Positions 1-14,531 of a stretch of 64,000 nt of DNA are shown here, one piece after another. The stretch spans positions 1 through 64,000 of the forward strand of contig CAVVHS010000002.1 of the NCBI GenBank assembly GCA_963748215.1, given 5' to 3'. A program made the position numbers and the translations under genes. This DNA comes from an uncultured Gammaproteobacteria bacterium (lineage in GTDB: Bacteria > Pseudomonadota > Gammaproteobacteria > UBA9214). Under the pieces are notes generated by a model that was given only the letters and a program-made list of their open reading frames with translations, did not search any database and was not told the origin of the DNA. The first letter of the stretch is position 1. Each line of letters begins with the position of its first letter.

Positions 1-102
1 CTCTACCTCCTACATGGCCCAGGCCAGTCTCTCGACCGGCACCCGGTCTCACCTTCTCCCTGTAGTCGTGCGCGAAACAATGTTTCCCTGAGCCAGAGCC
101 CC

Positions 103-2262
<2,160 letters not shown>

Positions 2263-2429
2263 GGGGTTACCGGCGGGCAGCGCCAGCGGCGCCCGCGAGG
2301 GTTGCGTTCAGGCCAACTATAACGCCAATGCGCACACAGTCACATAGCGCCGCTGCCGCAGGCAGGGGCCGGGTAACCGGGATGCGGGGGAATGAGGGCC
2401 CCGAACGGACGGGCCTCCGGGTGTGCGGG

Positions 2430-2806
2430 CTAGAGCTCCGCGTCGTCGACGGGCGGTTCGGCCTGGGGTGCGACCTCGGGCGTCGCAGGCTCGGTGCCGC
2501 AGGTGCCGCGGTGGCCTCGGGTGCCGCGGTGGCCTCGGGTGCCGCGGTGGCCTCGGCCAGGATCTCCAGGTCGGCGGCATCGAGTTCCTCCTCGAATACC
2601 GATTCAGGCTTTTCATCCAGAAACGACGGGCCGATCAGGCCTTCGGCGATCTCGCGCAGCGCCACGATGGTCGGCTTGTCATTTTCCCACGGCACCAGCG
2701 GCATGACGCCGTTGGCCAGCTGGCGGGCACGCTTGGTCGCCAGCAGCACCAGCTGAAAGCGGTTATCCACCTTGTCGAGACAGTCTTCTACCGTAACACG
2801 TGCCAT
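2430..2806 (-). CDS. rpoZ: RNA polymerase omega subunit with Ala/Pro/Glu-rich tail (apparent 1-bp frameshift near 2493)
   Basis: [31 protein letters not shown]-terminus; restoring one G at 2493-2494 gives ...[22 protein letters not shown] ending at 2430; as written the ORF runs to 2267. Confidence 0.92.
2502..2555. repeat. 3 x 18-bp tandem repeat (GGTGCCGCGGTGGCCTCG) encoding EATAAP in the RpoZ tail
   Basis: three exact copies visible. Confidence 0.9.
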
Positions 2807-2863
2807 GTTGCTCTCCGGGTTTCCGCCTGACCGCGGCTGAATGGGCGTGCGAGTTTAACCGAA

Positions 2864-4374
<1,511 letters not shown>

Positions 4375-4467
4375 GCGGACTCCGGGGGACGGTTACTGAC
4401 GAGGCGGCAATGGTAAGCCATTCGCGCGCGGATGGAAAAGCGGCCTGTACCCGCCCCGAAAACGACA

Positions 4468-4500
4468 AGGCCGCTGCAGCCCTTGCGGGCGCAGCGGCCT
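4468..4500 (-). terminator. probable intrinsic terminator of the 4525-4833 gene
   Basis: AGGCCGCTGC...GCAGCGGCCT stem followed by TGTCGTTTT on the minus strand. Confidence 0.6.
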
Positions 4501-4524
4501 CCGAAACGGCAGGACTGCCCGGGG

Positions 4525-4833
4525 CTAGATATCGCCGAGCGGTCTGACGAAGGTGTACTTCACCGGCCGCATGACCAGCTGATCGGCGGCCTGGTCCACG
4601 TTGCCGCCCAGCGCGGTGAACGGCAGCGAGACGACAAAGGTGACCACGCCGACCACGGTACCGACCAGCATCGTCGGCCGGATCATGAACATATCGGCCA
4701 GCATGGCGCCGCCGCTCGGCCCGTTCTCATCCACGAAAGCGCCTGCGGCTGCCGTGGGAACGTACACCAGCTGGGTGATCGCTAGCAGGGCGGCGAGCGC
4801 TGGGCCGGCCAGTTTCCTGTATGAATGTTGCAT
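4525..4833 (-). CDS. small exported/membrane hypothetical protein
   Basis: signal-like N-terminus; conserved-looking MLADMFMIRP...SLPFTALGGNV...YTFVRPLG; start taken at ATG 4833. Confidence 0.75.
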   Translation of the reverse strand: MQHSYRKLAGPALAALLAITQLVYVPTAAAGAFVDENGPSGGAMLADMFMIRPTMLVGTVVGVVTFVVSLPFTALGGNVDQAADQLVMRPVKYTFVRPLGDI

Positions 4834-5162
4834 AGTCCTGAATCTCCATGTGAGCGATCCGTGCGGGATCCGAAGCAGTACGCGCATGGCGATACATCGT
4901 CCATCCGCCCGGCAACCTTTATAGTGCGGCCTGATCCAGGCATGAAACTGCGACACAGATCCACCCGGACACAGGGTCATCGCGTACCTGGAGCAACATA
5001 ATACAAAGAAAACAGCCATTCAACATCAACAATTTACTGGCCGGCCCGGCATGGTCACGGCACCGGCCGGCACGACGGCACATCGTCCCGGTGCAGTGTG
5101 CGCCTGGCCGGGGCATGATCGCGCTATACTGCGCGCCAGCCAATCAACCACAGGTACCCGCC

Positions 5163-5882
5163 ATGCGCCCCAGCCAACGTGCACCGGACGAGATGCGCCA
5201 TGTCCGCATCACCCGCAACTACACCAAGCATGCCGAGGGGTCCGTGCTCGTCGAATTCGGCGACACCCGCGTGTTGTGCAATGCCACGGTGGAGGACCGC
5301 ATTCCCGGCTTCCTGCGTGGCAAGGGCGAGGGCTGGGTGACCGCCGAATACGGCATGCTGCCGCGCTCGACCAGCAGCCGCATGGGACGCGAGGCCGCGC
5401 GCGGCCGGCAGGGCGGGCGCACGCTCGAGATCCAGCGCCTTATCGGGCGCTCGCTGCGCGCCGTCATGGACATGAAGGCGCTGGGCGAACGCAGCATCAC
5501 CATCGACTGCGACGTGATCCAGGCCGATGGCGGCACCCGCACCGCCAGCATCACCGGCGGCTATGTCGCGCTGGCCGATGCCGTGCGCTCCCTGCTCGAC
5601 AGCAAAGCGCTCACCCGCAATCCGCTCACCGGCCGCGTCGCCTCGGTATCGGTCGGCATCTATAAAGGAACACCGGTACTCGACCTCGATTACCCGGAAG
5701 ACTGCAATGCCGAGACCGACATGAACGTGGTGATGAACGATACCGGCGATTTCATCGAAATCCAGGGCACCGCGGAAGGCCACGCCTTCAACCAGGATGA
5801 ACTCAATGCCATGCTGGCGCTGGCCAGGAAAGGCATCACCGAACTGCTGGCCGGCCAGCACGACGCGCTCGAGCAGGGCTGA
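5163..5882 (+). CDS. rph: ribonuclease PH
   Basis: [49 protein letters not shown]. Confidence 0.97.
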   Translation: MRPSQRAPDEMRHVRITRNYTKHAEGSVLVEFGDTRVLCNATVEDRIPGFLRGKGEGWVTAEYGMLPRSTSSRMGREAARGRQGGRTLEIQRLIGRSLRAVMDMKALGERSITIDCDVIQADGGTRTASITGGYVALADAVRSLLDSKALTRNPLTGRVASVSVGIYKGTPVLDLDYPEDCNAETDMNVVMNDTGDFIEIQGTAEGHAFNQDELNAMLALARKGITELLAGQHDALEQG

Positions 5883-5918
5883 CCAGCCTTTTCAGACAGA
5901 CTCCGGGAACATGACACC

Positions 5919-6516
5919 ATGAAAGACATCGTTCTCGCCAGCAGCAACCCGGGCAAGGTGCGCGAGATCAACCAGCTGCTGACCGGGCTCGCCTTGCACG
6001 TACGGCCACAGGGCGAATTCGGCGTTGCGGATGCCGAGGAGACCGGCCTGACCTTTGTCGAGAACGCCATCCTCAAGGCGCGCAATGCCGCGAGCCATAC
6101 CGGCCTGCCGGCAATCGCCGATGACTCTGGCCTGGAGGTCGATGCCCTCAACGGCGCACCCGGCATCTACTCGGCACGCTATGCCGGCAGCGGTGCCGGC
6201 GACCAGGCCAACCTGGAGAAACTGCTCGAGGCCCTGCAGGACGTGCCGGAGGCACAGCGCACGGCAAGATTCCAGTGCCTGCTCGTCTACATGCGCCATG
6301 CCGGCGATCCGACCCCGCTGATCTGCCAGGGCACCTGGGAAGGACGCATCCTGACTGGCACCGCGCGGCGAGCAGGGTTTCGGCTATGACCCGGTGTTCC
6401 ACGTGCCGACCCACGACTGTTCCTCGGCCGAGCTGGCACCGGAGGTGAAGAATTCGCTGAGTCACCGGGGACAGGCACTAAGAAAGCTGGTGGCTGCGCT
6501 GCAGCAGCACAGGTAA
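5919..6516 (+). CDS. rdgB: non-canonical purine NTP pyrophosphatase (frameshift at about 6357)
   Basis: [38 protein letters not shown]; after removing one G the frame continues GFGYDPVF...SHRGQAL to TAA 6516. Confidence 0.93.
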
Positions 6517-6584
6517 GTTAAGTGCCAACTAAACTCCAGCTAGCTCTACCCAAACTTTCAGGCACAACATAAATCCATGACAGG

Positions 6585-7089
6585 TTTCGCCCTGTCGGGC
6601 GAGGTACTTTCTCTTGTGTGCCCAAGAGAAAGTACCCAAAGAGAAGGGCAGCCCGGTGCCCGCGTCGGCGTTCGTACTACAAGGCCGCTTCGCAGCCTTG
6701 CCCTGCGTTCCACGTCAAGCCGGGGCGCGCACAACTCGGAGCCGGAGCGGGATTGGCTAATCCCGCTCCGGCTTGCCTCGGACAGGGCGCGCGCCTTTCC
6801 CCGGCTTGACTGCGGTACTCGGCGCGGCCAACGGGGCCTGGGGGTGGCGCCTTCCAGCATCCCGTCAGGCGCTGCCGAGCATCGCAGGCATTTTGGGATG
6901 GAGCGAGCCGCCCTGTCGAGCTGGATTTGCAAGCCGGAACGGGCCGGGTGCCATTCTCTTGGGTACTTTTCTTGGCGCACGCAAGGACCAATTCGCCGGG
7001 AGCGAATTGGGACATCCGCAGGATGGCCCGCAGGGCGAAGTCCAGGGATGGACTTCGCAAAGAAAAGTACCTCGCCCATTAGGGCGAAA
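6585..7089. mobile_element. MITE-like non-autonomous element, copy 1
   Basis: about 30-bp imperfect terminal inverted repeats TTTCGCCCTnnnGGGCGAGGTACTTT; internal palindromes; related copy at 31843-32429. Confidence 0.75.
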
Positions 7090-7127
7090 AACCAACTATC
7101 ATTGACGCATAGCCTGCAACATCACCC

Positions 7128-8313
7128 ATGTTCAATTTCACCACCACACCACCGCTGACCCTCTACATCCACATCCCGTGGTGCGTGCGCAAGTGCCCGT
7201 ACTGCGACTTCAATTCACACGAGCTGCGCGACGGCATCCCGGAACGTGACTACATCAGCGCCCTGCTCGCCGACCTGGAACAGGAACTGCCGGCGGCCTG
7301 GGGTCGCCCGGTGGACAGCGTGTTTTTCGGCGGCGGCACACCCAGCCTGTTTTCACCGGAAGGTATCGATCGACTACTGGGTGAACTGCGCGCCAGACTC
7401 ACCCTGCAACCGGGTGCGGAGATCACGCTGGAGGCCAATCCCGGCACCGTCGACCAGGAACGCTTCGCAGGGCTACCACGCGGCCGGCATCAACCGCCTG
7501 TCGATCGGTGTACAGAGTTTTCAACCCGAATTGCTGGAAAAGATCGGGCGCATCCATGACCGGAGCGACGCGATCCGCGCGGCCGAGGCCGCGCATGCCG
7601 CCGGCTTCGACAATTTCAACCTCGACCTCATGTTCGGCCTGCCGGGCCAGACCCTGCCGCAGGCCATGGCCGACCTGCGCATCGCGATGGACCTCGAGCC
7701 CACGCATGTTTCCTGGTACGAACTCACCATCGAGCCCAATACCTGGTTCCACCGTCATCCCCCGCAACTACCGGATGACACACAGCTCTGGTCGATGCAA
7801 ACGGCTGGCCGGGAACTGCTGGAAGCGCGCGGCTATACACGCTACGAGGTGTCGGCCTATGCCCGCGCCGGCCGGCATTGCCGGCACAACCTCAACTACT
7901 GGCTGTTCGGCGACTACCTCGGAATCGGCGCCGGCGCACATGGCAAGCTGACTGACACCGCACACCAGGTCATCCGTCGCAGCAGTAAAGTCCGTCATCC
8001 ACGGGATTACCTGGCTGCACGCAACAACGGCGTATTCCGTACCATGCAGCAGAATCTTGTACCGGCGGATGTGGCGCTGGAATTCCTGATGAATGCGCTG
8101 CGTCTCGACCGCGGTTTCTGCGCAGAGGATTTCACGACTGTCACCGGGCTGCCGCTCGACATGCTGGAACCGGGCGCGGCCGGCGCAATCGACGCCGGGC
8201 TGCTGATAGAGGACAATGGACAGTGGCAGGCCTCGGAAAAGGGTCAACGTTACCTCAATGACCTGTTACAGTACTGGTTGCCGGATACAGACAACGATGC
8301 TCGCACAGGTTGA
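7128..8313 (+). CDS. hemW: radical SAM heme chaperone HemW (frameshift at about 7470)
   Basis: LYIHIPWCVRKCPYCDFNSH, FFGGGTPS, EANP; second frame has NRLSIGVQSF, YEVSAY, HNLNYW, YLGIGAGAHGK. Confidence 0.93.
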
Positions 8314-8479
8314 TTGCCCGTACTGCGGCGAATGCTACACAGCCGTCGTCGAGACATTCGACGGCAGCCAGGACTATATCGAGGACTGCCCGGTATGCTG
8401 CCGGCCGATCGAGTTTCACATCGAGACCGGCACGGCTGGCGAACTGCTTACCCTGACTACCCGACGCGACGATGACTGA
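8297..8479 (+). CDS. CPXCG-motif cysteine-rich zinc-ribbon protein
   Basis: CPYCGE...QDYIEDCPVCCRPI. Confidence 0.85.
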   Translation: MLAQVDCPYCGECYTAVVETFDGSQDYIEDCPVCCRPIEFHIETGTAGELLTLTTRRDDD

Positions 8480-8720
8480 TTACGTACCGATAGACTGCGC
8501 CGTACACAGCGGCTATGAACTTGCCATCATGCATCGCCAGCAGCTACGCCTGGCCTGGCAGGACAGGGATGGAATCATCCATATCAAGATGGTTACACCG
8601 ACCGACCTCCGCACGCAGAATCACGAGGAATTCCTGGACGTGACCGACGAGCGGGGTGACATCTACAGCATCCGCCTCGACCACATTCATAACCACAAAA
8701 TCCTGCAGCCGGCCGACTGA
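8472..8720 (+). CDS. rof: Rho-binding antiterminator (Rof/YaeO family)
   Basis: MTDYVPIDC...YELAIMH...EEFL...IRLD pattern typical of Rof. Confidence 0.8.
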   Translation: MTDYVPIDCAVHSGYELAIMHRQQLRLAWQDRDGIIHIKMVTPTDLRTQNHEEFLDVTDERGDIYSIRLDHIHNHKILQPAD

Positions 8721-8765
8721 CCTGACGATAGCTATCCCGACGGACATTCAGCCCGGGATGAAACA

Positions 8766-10238
8766 ATGAACGACCTGCACGACCTGGAACTGCTGCTGCG
8801 CTCGCGCGTGCCGCTGATCACGATCGAGACCCGCGACGAAAAGCGCGTCACGCAGCTGTTCGGCAGCCTCGCGGTCCGGCTCGCCATGCCGGTCATGGCA
8901 TGGTCTGCGACCACCGGACTGCAGCGTATCGATCTCGACCTCGCACCGCAGCGCCACGCCAGCGATCCGCAACAGGCACTGGGGCAGATCAAGGCGACCA
9001 ACTCGCCGTCCATCTACCTGCTGCTCGACTTTCATCCCTACCTCGAGGACGCCTATAACGTACGCCTGCTGAAGGAAATCGCGCTCGACTATCACAGCCT
9101 CGGGCACACCCTGGTCTTCGTCAGTCACGAAATCCGACTGCCGGCGGAGCTCGATGGCCTGGCCGCGCATTTTGCGCTCTCGCTGCCGGACCGGGAACGA
9201 CTCGAGGCGCTGATCCGCGAAGAGGCCGCACACTGGTCGAGAGTCAATCCCGGCAAACAGGTAAGGACCGACCGCAAGACACTGGATCTTGTCACCAGCC
9301 AGTTGCGCGGGCTTACCGTCGGCGATGCGCGGCGCATCATACGCAGCATCATCTTCGATGACGGCGCCATACGCGCCGATGACCTGGAACGGGTCACGCG
9401 CGCACGCTACCGGCTGCTCGAGGCCAACGGTGCGATATCCTGTGAATTCGATACCACGGACTTCGCTGCCGTCGGCGGCCTGAACAACCTGAAACGATGG
9501 ATCGAGCGCCGGCGCAGCGCCTTCGTGGACGGCGCGGCCGGCCCCGACAAGCCCCGGGGCATCCTGCTGGTCGGCGTACAGGGCAGCGGCAAGAGCCTGG
9601 CTGCCAGGGCCGTGGCCGGCATGTGGTCGCTGCCGCTGCTGCGACTCGACTTCGGCACCCTGTACAACAAGTTCTTTGGCGAAACCGAGCGCAACCTGCG
9701 CGAGGCGCTGCGCGCTGCCGCGGCCATGGCGCCGTGCGTGCTGTGGATCGATGAAATCGAGAAGGCGATCGCTTCGGGCGATACCGACAGCGGCACTTCG
9801 CGCCGTATCCTCGGCAACCTGCTGACCTGGATGGCGGAACGCAGGGAACCGGTATTCATCGTGGCCACCGCCAATGCCATCGCCGAACTGCCACCGGAAC
9901 TGGTCCGCAAGGGACGGCTGGATGAAATCTTCTTCGTCGACCTGCCGGACGCTGCCACGCGCGCCGAGATCTTCGCCATTCACCTGCGCAAGCGCGACTA
10001 CAAACCCATCGACTTCGACATCCTCGATCTGGCCGGTCTCAGTGACGGCTTTTCCGGTGCTGAGATCGAGCAGGCCATCGTGGCGGCCAGCTACCTGGCG
10101 CGTGAACAGCAGGTTCCACTGGATACGGACCATATCCGCCACGAAATCCAGCAGACCCGCCCGCTGTCACGGGTCATGGCGGAAAAGATCACCGGGCTGC
10201 GGCAGTGGGCACAGGATCGCACCGTCCCGGCCAACTGA
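8766..10238 (+). CDS. Ycf46-like AAA+ ATPase
   Basis: LLDFHPYL N-domain, Walker A GVQGSGKS, Walker [33 protein letters not shown]-terminal LRQWA. Confidence 0.9.
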   Translation: MNDLHDLELLLRSRVPLITIETRDEKRVTQLFGSLAVRLAMPVMAWSATTGLQRIDLDLAPQRHASDPQQALGQIKATNSPSIYLLLDFHPYLEDAYNVRLLKEIALDYHSLGHTLVFVSHEIRLPAELDGLAAHFALSLPDRERLEALIREEAAHWSRVNPGKQVRTDRKTLDLVTSQLRGLTVGDARRIIRSIIFDDGAIRADDLERVTRARYRLLEANGAISCEFDTTDFAAVGGLNNLKRWIERRRSAFVDGAAGPDKPRGILLVGVQGSGKSLAARAVAGMWSLPLLRLDFGTLYNKFFGETERNLREALRAAAAMAPCVLWIDEIEKAIASGDTDSGTSRRILGNLLTWMAERREPVFIVATANAIAELPPELVRKGRLDEIFFVDLPDAATRAEIFAIHLRKRDYKPIDFDILDLAGLSDGFSGAEIEQAIVAASYLAREQQVPLDTDHIRHEIQQTRPLSRVMAEKITGLRQWAQDRTVPAN

Positions 10239-10314
10239 CACAAATCAAACATCTGTGTTGCCGCAAGACCACAGCACACGCATACCTCGCCTCCGTAAGC
10301 TACTGTTAATACTA

Positions 10315-10335
10315 TTATCCACCGGCTTATCCACA
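10315..10335 (+). promoter_or_regulatory. tandem DnaA boxes
   Basis: TTATCCACC-GGC-TTATCCACA in an AT-rich intergenic region. Confidence 0.5.
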
Positions 10336-10484
10336 AGCCACTCCAAAATATCTTGTTGTTTTATATTGAGTTAACGCCCATTGCCGCCATTTTTTCGGCA
10401 CAGCCTGTGGATTTTTTGTGCTAGCATGGAAATCACTCCAGTAAAACAACAACAGCCGCACCAGCGGCAGGTGAGGAGCCCATC

Positions 10485-10841
10485 ATGCAAGACCCGTACG
10501 CAAGTCCGCCATTCGACTTCGATGCGTGGACGAAACTGTTCACCGACGATCCGCAAGCCTTTGAAAAGCAACGCACCCGCGCCATCGAGCAGCTGATACG
10601 ACAGGCTCCGACCCACAAGCAGCAGCGGCTGCGCTGTCTGCAATGGAAACTCGACCAGATCCGGCACACCGCGTCCAATCCGCTGGCGGCCAGCCTGCGC
10701 ATGAACCAGCTGCTCTGGGACAGCCTGGCCGGTCCCGATGGCCTGCTGGAGCGATTGCAACAACCGCTTGAGGCCAGACGCCGGCGACAACCAGCCAGGG
10801 TGATCCCGTTTCCCGCCGGCTTGTCGCAAGCACAGGATTAA
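10485..10841 (+). CDS. DUF3135 family protein
   Basis: FDFDAW..L...DPQAFE..R...LRCLQWKLD..R...NPL; C-terminal ARVIPF. Confidence 0.8.
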   Translation: MQDPYASPPFDFDAWTKLFTDDPQAFEKQRTRAIEQLIRQAPTHKQQRLRCLQWKLDQIRHTASNPLAASLRMNQLLWDSLAGPDGLLERLQQPLEARRRRQPARVIPFPAGLSQAQD

Positions 10842-10913
10842 CGTATTATTCCCGGCCTTTTCCAGGGTGCCGGCGACGGCATCCACGGCAACCGATCACA
10901 GTTCGAGGCAGTC

Positions 10914-11117
10914 ATGAAAGCTGATACACATCCGGCATACGCAAGCGTCAAGGTCACCTGCAGTTGCGGCGAATCCTTCGATACCCGCTCCACCGCGGGC
11001 ACTGACCTCACGATCGAAGTCTGCTCCAAGTGCCACCCGTTCTACACCGGCAAGCAAAAGATGGTCGACACCGGCGGCCGCGTGGACAAGTTCCGCCAGC
11101 GCTACGGGAACAGCTGA
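10914..11117 (+). CDS. rpmE: 50S ribosomal protein L31 (zinc-binding type)
   Basis: [28 protein letters not shown]. Confidence 0.98.
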   Translation: MKADTHPAYASVKVTCSCGESFDTRSTAGTDLTIEVCSKCHPFYTGKQKMVDTGGRVDKFRQRYGNS

Positions 11118-11128
11118 CCGCCCGGCGG

Positions 11129-11956
11129 ATGCGGCTGACATCTCTCTGCAAGGGGGCGCCCGCTACGGCCGCCCCTTTTTCATTTGCGGCAGGGTGCGCC
11201 TGCCTGCTGGCCACTGCAGCGGCTTCGGTCTTCGCCAGTGACTGTCCCGCCGTGCGCGTCGATGAACGCATTCAGGTCGTCTACGTCTATGACGGCGACA
11301 CAGTCAAACTCAAGGACGGCCGACGCCTGCGCCTGATTGGCATCAATACCCCGGAAACGGCCCGCACAGGCGAAACCGGCGAACCGCTCGCCAGCGCGGC
11401 CCGCGCCAGTCTGCAGACCATGCTGGACCGCGGCAACCGCGTACTGCACCTGCAGTATGGCGCCCAGCACAATGATCATTACGGCCGCCTGCTGGCGCAT
11501 GCCTTTCTCGAGAACGGTGACAACGTCGCCGCCGGGCTGCTGTCGCACGGCCTGGCAACCGCGCTGGTGGTACCCCCCAACACCTGGGCTATGGACTGTT
11601 ACCGGCAGCTCGAGGATGACGCACGCATCGACCGGCGCGGACTGTGGGCACTGCCGCAGTACCAGGTACAGGCCAGCTCAGGGCTGACCACCGACGCGAC
11701 AGGTTTTCACATTGTGCGGGGATCGGTTACGGCAGTTCGCGGGGCCTCCCGCAGCACCTGGCTCGATCTGCAGGGACCGCTGGTCCTGCACATCAGCCAC
11801 AGGGACCAGACCAATTTCGCACCCCGTTACCTGGAAGCGCTGACCGGCCAGCAGGTCGAGGCGCGCGGCTGGATCAAACCCGACCGGGACGGCCTGCGCA
11901 TGAATATCCGTCACCCGGCGGCACTGGTTGAAATTTCCCCCGGTAAACTCCAGTAA
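11129..11956 (+). CDS. thermonuclease (SNase) family protein
   Basis: VYDGDT, RLIGINTPE, DHYGRLLAH, RRGLW; C-terminal OB-like domain; start uncertain. Confidence 0.88.
   Translation: MRLTSLCKGAPATAAPFSFAAGCACLLATAAASVFASDCPAVRVDERIQVVYVYDGDTVKLKDGRRLRLIGINTPETARTGETGEPLASAARASLQTMLDRGNRVLHLQYGAQHNDHYGRLLAHAFLENGDNVAAGLLSHGLATALVVPPNTWAMDCYRQLEDDARIDRRGLWALPQYQVQASSGLTTDATGFHIVRGSVTAVRGASRSTWLDLQGPLVLHISHRDQTNFAPRYLEALTGQQVEARGWIKPDRDGLRMNIRHPAALVEISPGKLQ
11150..11180 (+). terminator. rpmE intrinsic terminator
   Basis: GGGGCG...CGCCCC stem followed by TTTTT. Confidence 0.65.
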
Positions 11957-11965
11957 ACTAGGCGT

Positions 11966-13432
11966 ATGACACCCCTCCTGCCGCGCCTCCGCTCACTGCT
12001 GGCCGCCGCCCTGTCGCTGCTGCTGGCGGCCTGCGCCACCAACCCGGTCACCGGCGGTTCAGACTTTGTGCTGATGTCGGAGGAACAGGAAATCAGCCTT
12101 GGTCGCCAGTACAGCGCGGAAATCGTCAAGGAGATGCCGGCCTACGATGACCCGGAGCTCACCTCGCTGGTGCAGTCCGTGGGTGACGCGATCGCGGCGC
12201 ACAGTCATCGGCCGGACCTGATCTACCGTTTCACCGTGCTCGATAGCACGACGGTCAATGCCTTTGCCCTGCCCGGCGGCTATATCTACATCACGCGCGG
12301 GCTGCTGGCCTACCTGAACTCCGAGGCCGAACTGGCAGCGGTCCTCGGTCACGAGATCGGCCACGTTACCGCCCGGCACAGCGTGCGCCAGCACAGCACA
12401 GCTACCATGACGGGGATTCTCGGTGCCGTACTGGCTGCATCCACCGGTATCCAGGGCGCCGACACGCTCACCAACCTGGCCGGTACGGCGATCGTGCGCG
12501 GTTACGGCCGTGAACACGAGCTGGAGGCCGACCGGCTCGGTGCCGAGTACATCGCGAAGACCGGCTATGATCCCAAAGGCATGCTGGAAGTGGTCGGGGT
12601 ACTGAAAAACCAGGAGGAGTTCGACAAACTGGTCGCGGAAAAGGAAGGCCGCGAACCCAATGCCTATCACGGGCTGTTTTCCACCCATCCGGATAACGAT
12701 GCGCGTTTCCGGGAGGTGGTGAGTGCCGCAGATAAGTTCCACAGTGCGGATACGGTACGCGTTGACCGCGATGCCTTTCTGCAGGCGCTCGACGACCTGA
12801 CCTTTGGCGACAGCGACGAGGAAGGCATCGTCAGGAACCAGCACTTCTACCACAAGGCGCTGGATTTCTCGGTGACATTTCCGGAAGGCTGGCGAATCGA
12901 TAACAAGGCGGAGCGCATTATCGCGCGTTCCTCGAATAATGACGGCATCGTTCAGGTCACAGTCACCGATCTTAACAAGCGCATTACACCCGAGGCATTC
13001 ATGACCGAGCGCATGAAACTCGAGGACATGACGCGCGGCGAGCCGATCACGGTCGGCGCCTTCAACGGCTACACCGCGATCGCGGACGGCAAGACACCGT
13101 ATGGAGAACGTCCGGTACGCTATGTCGTGATCTTCAGGGATTCGAAGGCATGGATAGTCGCCGGGGCGGCAAAAGACCGGCGCAATCCGCAGCAATACGA
13201 TGCCGCCATCCTGGCAACCGCGCGCAGTTATCACCCCTTGAGCGACGCGGAACAGTCGCTGGCCGAGGCACAGCACCTGCGTGTCATCCGCGCACCGGCC
13301 GGCGCGCACTATGCCGACCTGGCGAAACAATCGCCGCTGGCAAATTTCCCCGAGGAACAGTTGCGACTACTGAACGGCAATTACCCGGCCGGGGAACCGA
13401 AACCAGGCAGCCTGCTGAAAATTGTTCGCTAG
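11966..13432 (+). CDS. M48 family zinc metalloprotease lipoprotein
   Basis: lipobox LAAC, NAFALPGG, HEIGH, ELEAD, STHP; LysM-like C-terminus. Confidence 0.9.
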   Translation: MTPLLPRLRSLLAAALSLLLAACATNPVTGGSDFVLMSEEQEISLGRQYSAEIVKEMPAYDDPELTSLVQSVGDAIAAHSHRPDLIYRFTVLDSTTVNAFALPGGYIYITRGLLAYLNSEAELAAVLGHEIGHVTARHSVRQHSTATMTGILGAVLAASTGIQGADTLTNLAGTAIVRGYGREHELEADRLGAEYIAKTGYDPKGMLEVVGVLKNQEEFDKLVAEKEGREPNAYHGLFSTHPDNDARFREVVSAADKFHSADTVRVDRDAFLQALDDLTFGDSDEEGIVRNQHFYHKALDFSVTFPEGWRIDNKAERIIARSSNNDGIVQVTVTDLNKRITPEAFMTERMKLEDMTRGEPITVGAFNGYTAIADGKTPYGERPVRYVVIFRDSKAWIVAGAAKDRRNPQQYDAAILATARSYHPLSDAEQSLAEAQHLRVIRAPAGAHYADLAKQSPLANFPEEQLRLLNGNYPAGEPKPGSLLKIVR

Positions 13433-13510
13433 CAGCCGTACCTATATACTCCAGCACCTGCATAGCGTTGCCGACACAAAGGCATTATCGCCACAAAAAC
13501 AGGATACGTG

Positions 13511-14431
13511 ATGAACAAGATCACCATTATCGGCGCCGGTCGCGTGGGGGAAACCACCGCTCAAATACTTGCGCAGCGGGACATGTGCCACGAGGTGGTA
13601 CTGCTGGATGTTCGCGACGGGGCCGCTGCAGGGGCGGCGCTGGATATTCGCCAATCCGCCGCCTTGCACCGCTTTGACTGCCGGGTGTCAGGCGGCACCG
13701 ATCCCGCCCTGATGTCCGGTTCGGATCTGGTCATCGTCACGGCCGGTTCGCCACGCAAGCCCGGCATGTCGCGCAGCGATGTGCTGGACGTAAACCGGGC
13801 GGTCATCGACAGCATCGTCGACCAGGTCCTGGAACACGCGCCGGACTGCCTGCTGTTGCTGGTCACCAATCCGGTCGATGTGCTGACCTGGCATGCCTGG
13901 AAACGCACCGGCTGGGACCGGCGGCGCGTGTTCGGGCAGGCCGGCGTGCTGGATGCCGCACGCATGGCCAGTTTCATGGCCGAGGAAACCGGCATCTCGG
14001 TCCGGGACATCCACACCATGGTCATTGGCGGTCATGGCGATTCCATGGTCCCGCTGACCCGCTTCAGCACGATCAACGGCTTGCCGGTCAGGGCCTTCAT
14101 CGACGAGAAAACCATCCAGCATATTAACGAGAAAACCCGGCACGGCGGCGCAGAAGTGCTGGAAATGCGCCAGCACAGCAGTGCCTACAATGCACCGGCC
14201 GCGGCGGTTGCCGCCATGGTGGATGCCATCCGCAGCAACCGCGCCCGCCTGTTGCCCTGTGTCTGCATACTGGATGGCGAGTACGGTCAGCGTGACATCA
14301 CGGCCGGTGTGCCGGCCATCCTGGGACGGACGGGCATCGAGCGGATTGTCGAATTGCCCCTCGACGAGACCGAAGGCCCCGGCTTCCAGGCGTCAATCGA
14401 CAGCATTCTGAAGGACCTGGAGCAGCTCTAG
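13511..14431 (+). CDS. mdh: malate dehydrogenase (LDH-like)
   Basis: GAGRVG, TAGSPRKPGMSRSD, VTNPVD, LDAAR, GGHGD. Confidence 0.9.
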   Translation: MNKITIIGAGRVGETTAQILAQRDMCHEVVLLDVRDGAAAGAALDIRQSAALHRFDCRVSGGTDPALMSGSDLVIVTAGSPRKPGMSRSDVLDVNRAVIDSIVDQVLEHAPDCLLLLVTNPVDVLTWHAWKRTGWDRRRVFGQAGVLDAARMASFMAEETGISVRDIHTMVIGGHGDSMVPLTRFSTINGLPVRAFIDEKTIQHINEKTRHGGAEVLEMRQHSSAYNAPAAAVAAMVDAIRSNRARLLPCVCILDGEYGQRDITAGVPAILGRTGIERIVELPLDETEGPGFQASIDSILKDLEQL

Positions 14432-14531
14432 CCTAGCCCAGGCGACACGCACGGTCCCGGGCGCTTGCAACACGTAGCGATCATCCAGACAATCCGGCCC
14501 AGGAGCCGGTGCGTTGCGTGAGAAATGCGGA

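Noticed and set aside
6558-7158. ORFs within the MITE-like element (also 31696-32574)
   Set aside because: No transposase motifs; the frames are not conserved between the two copies.
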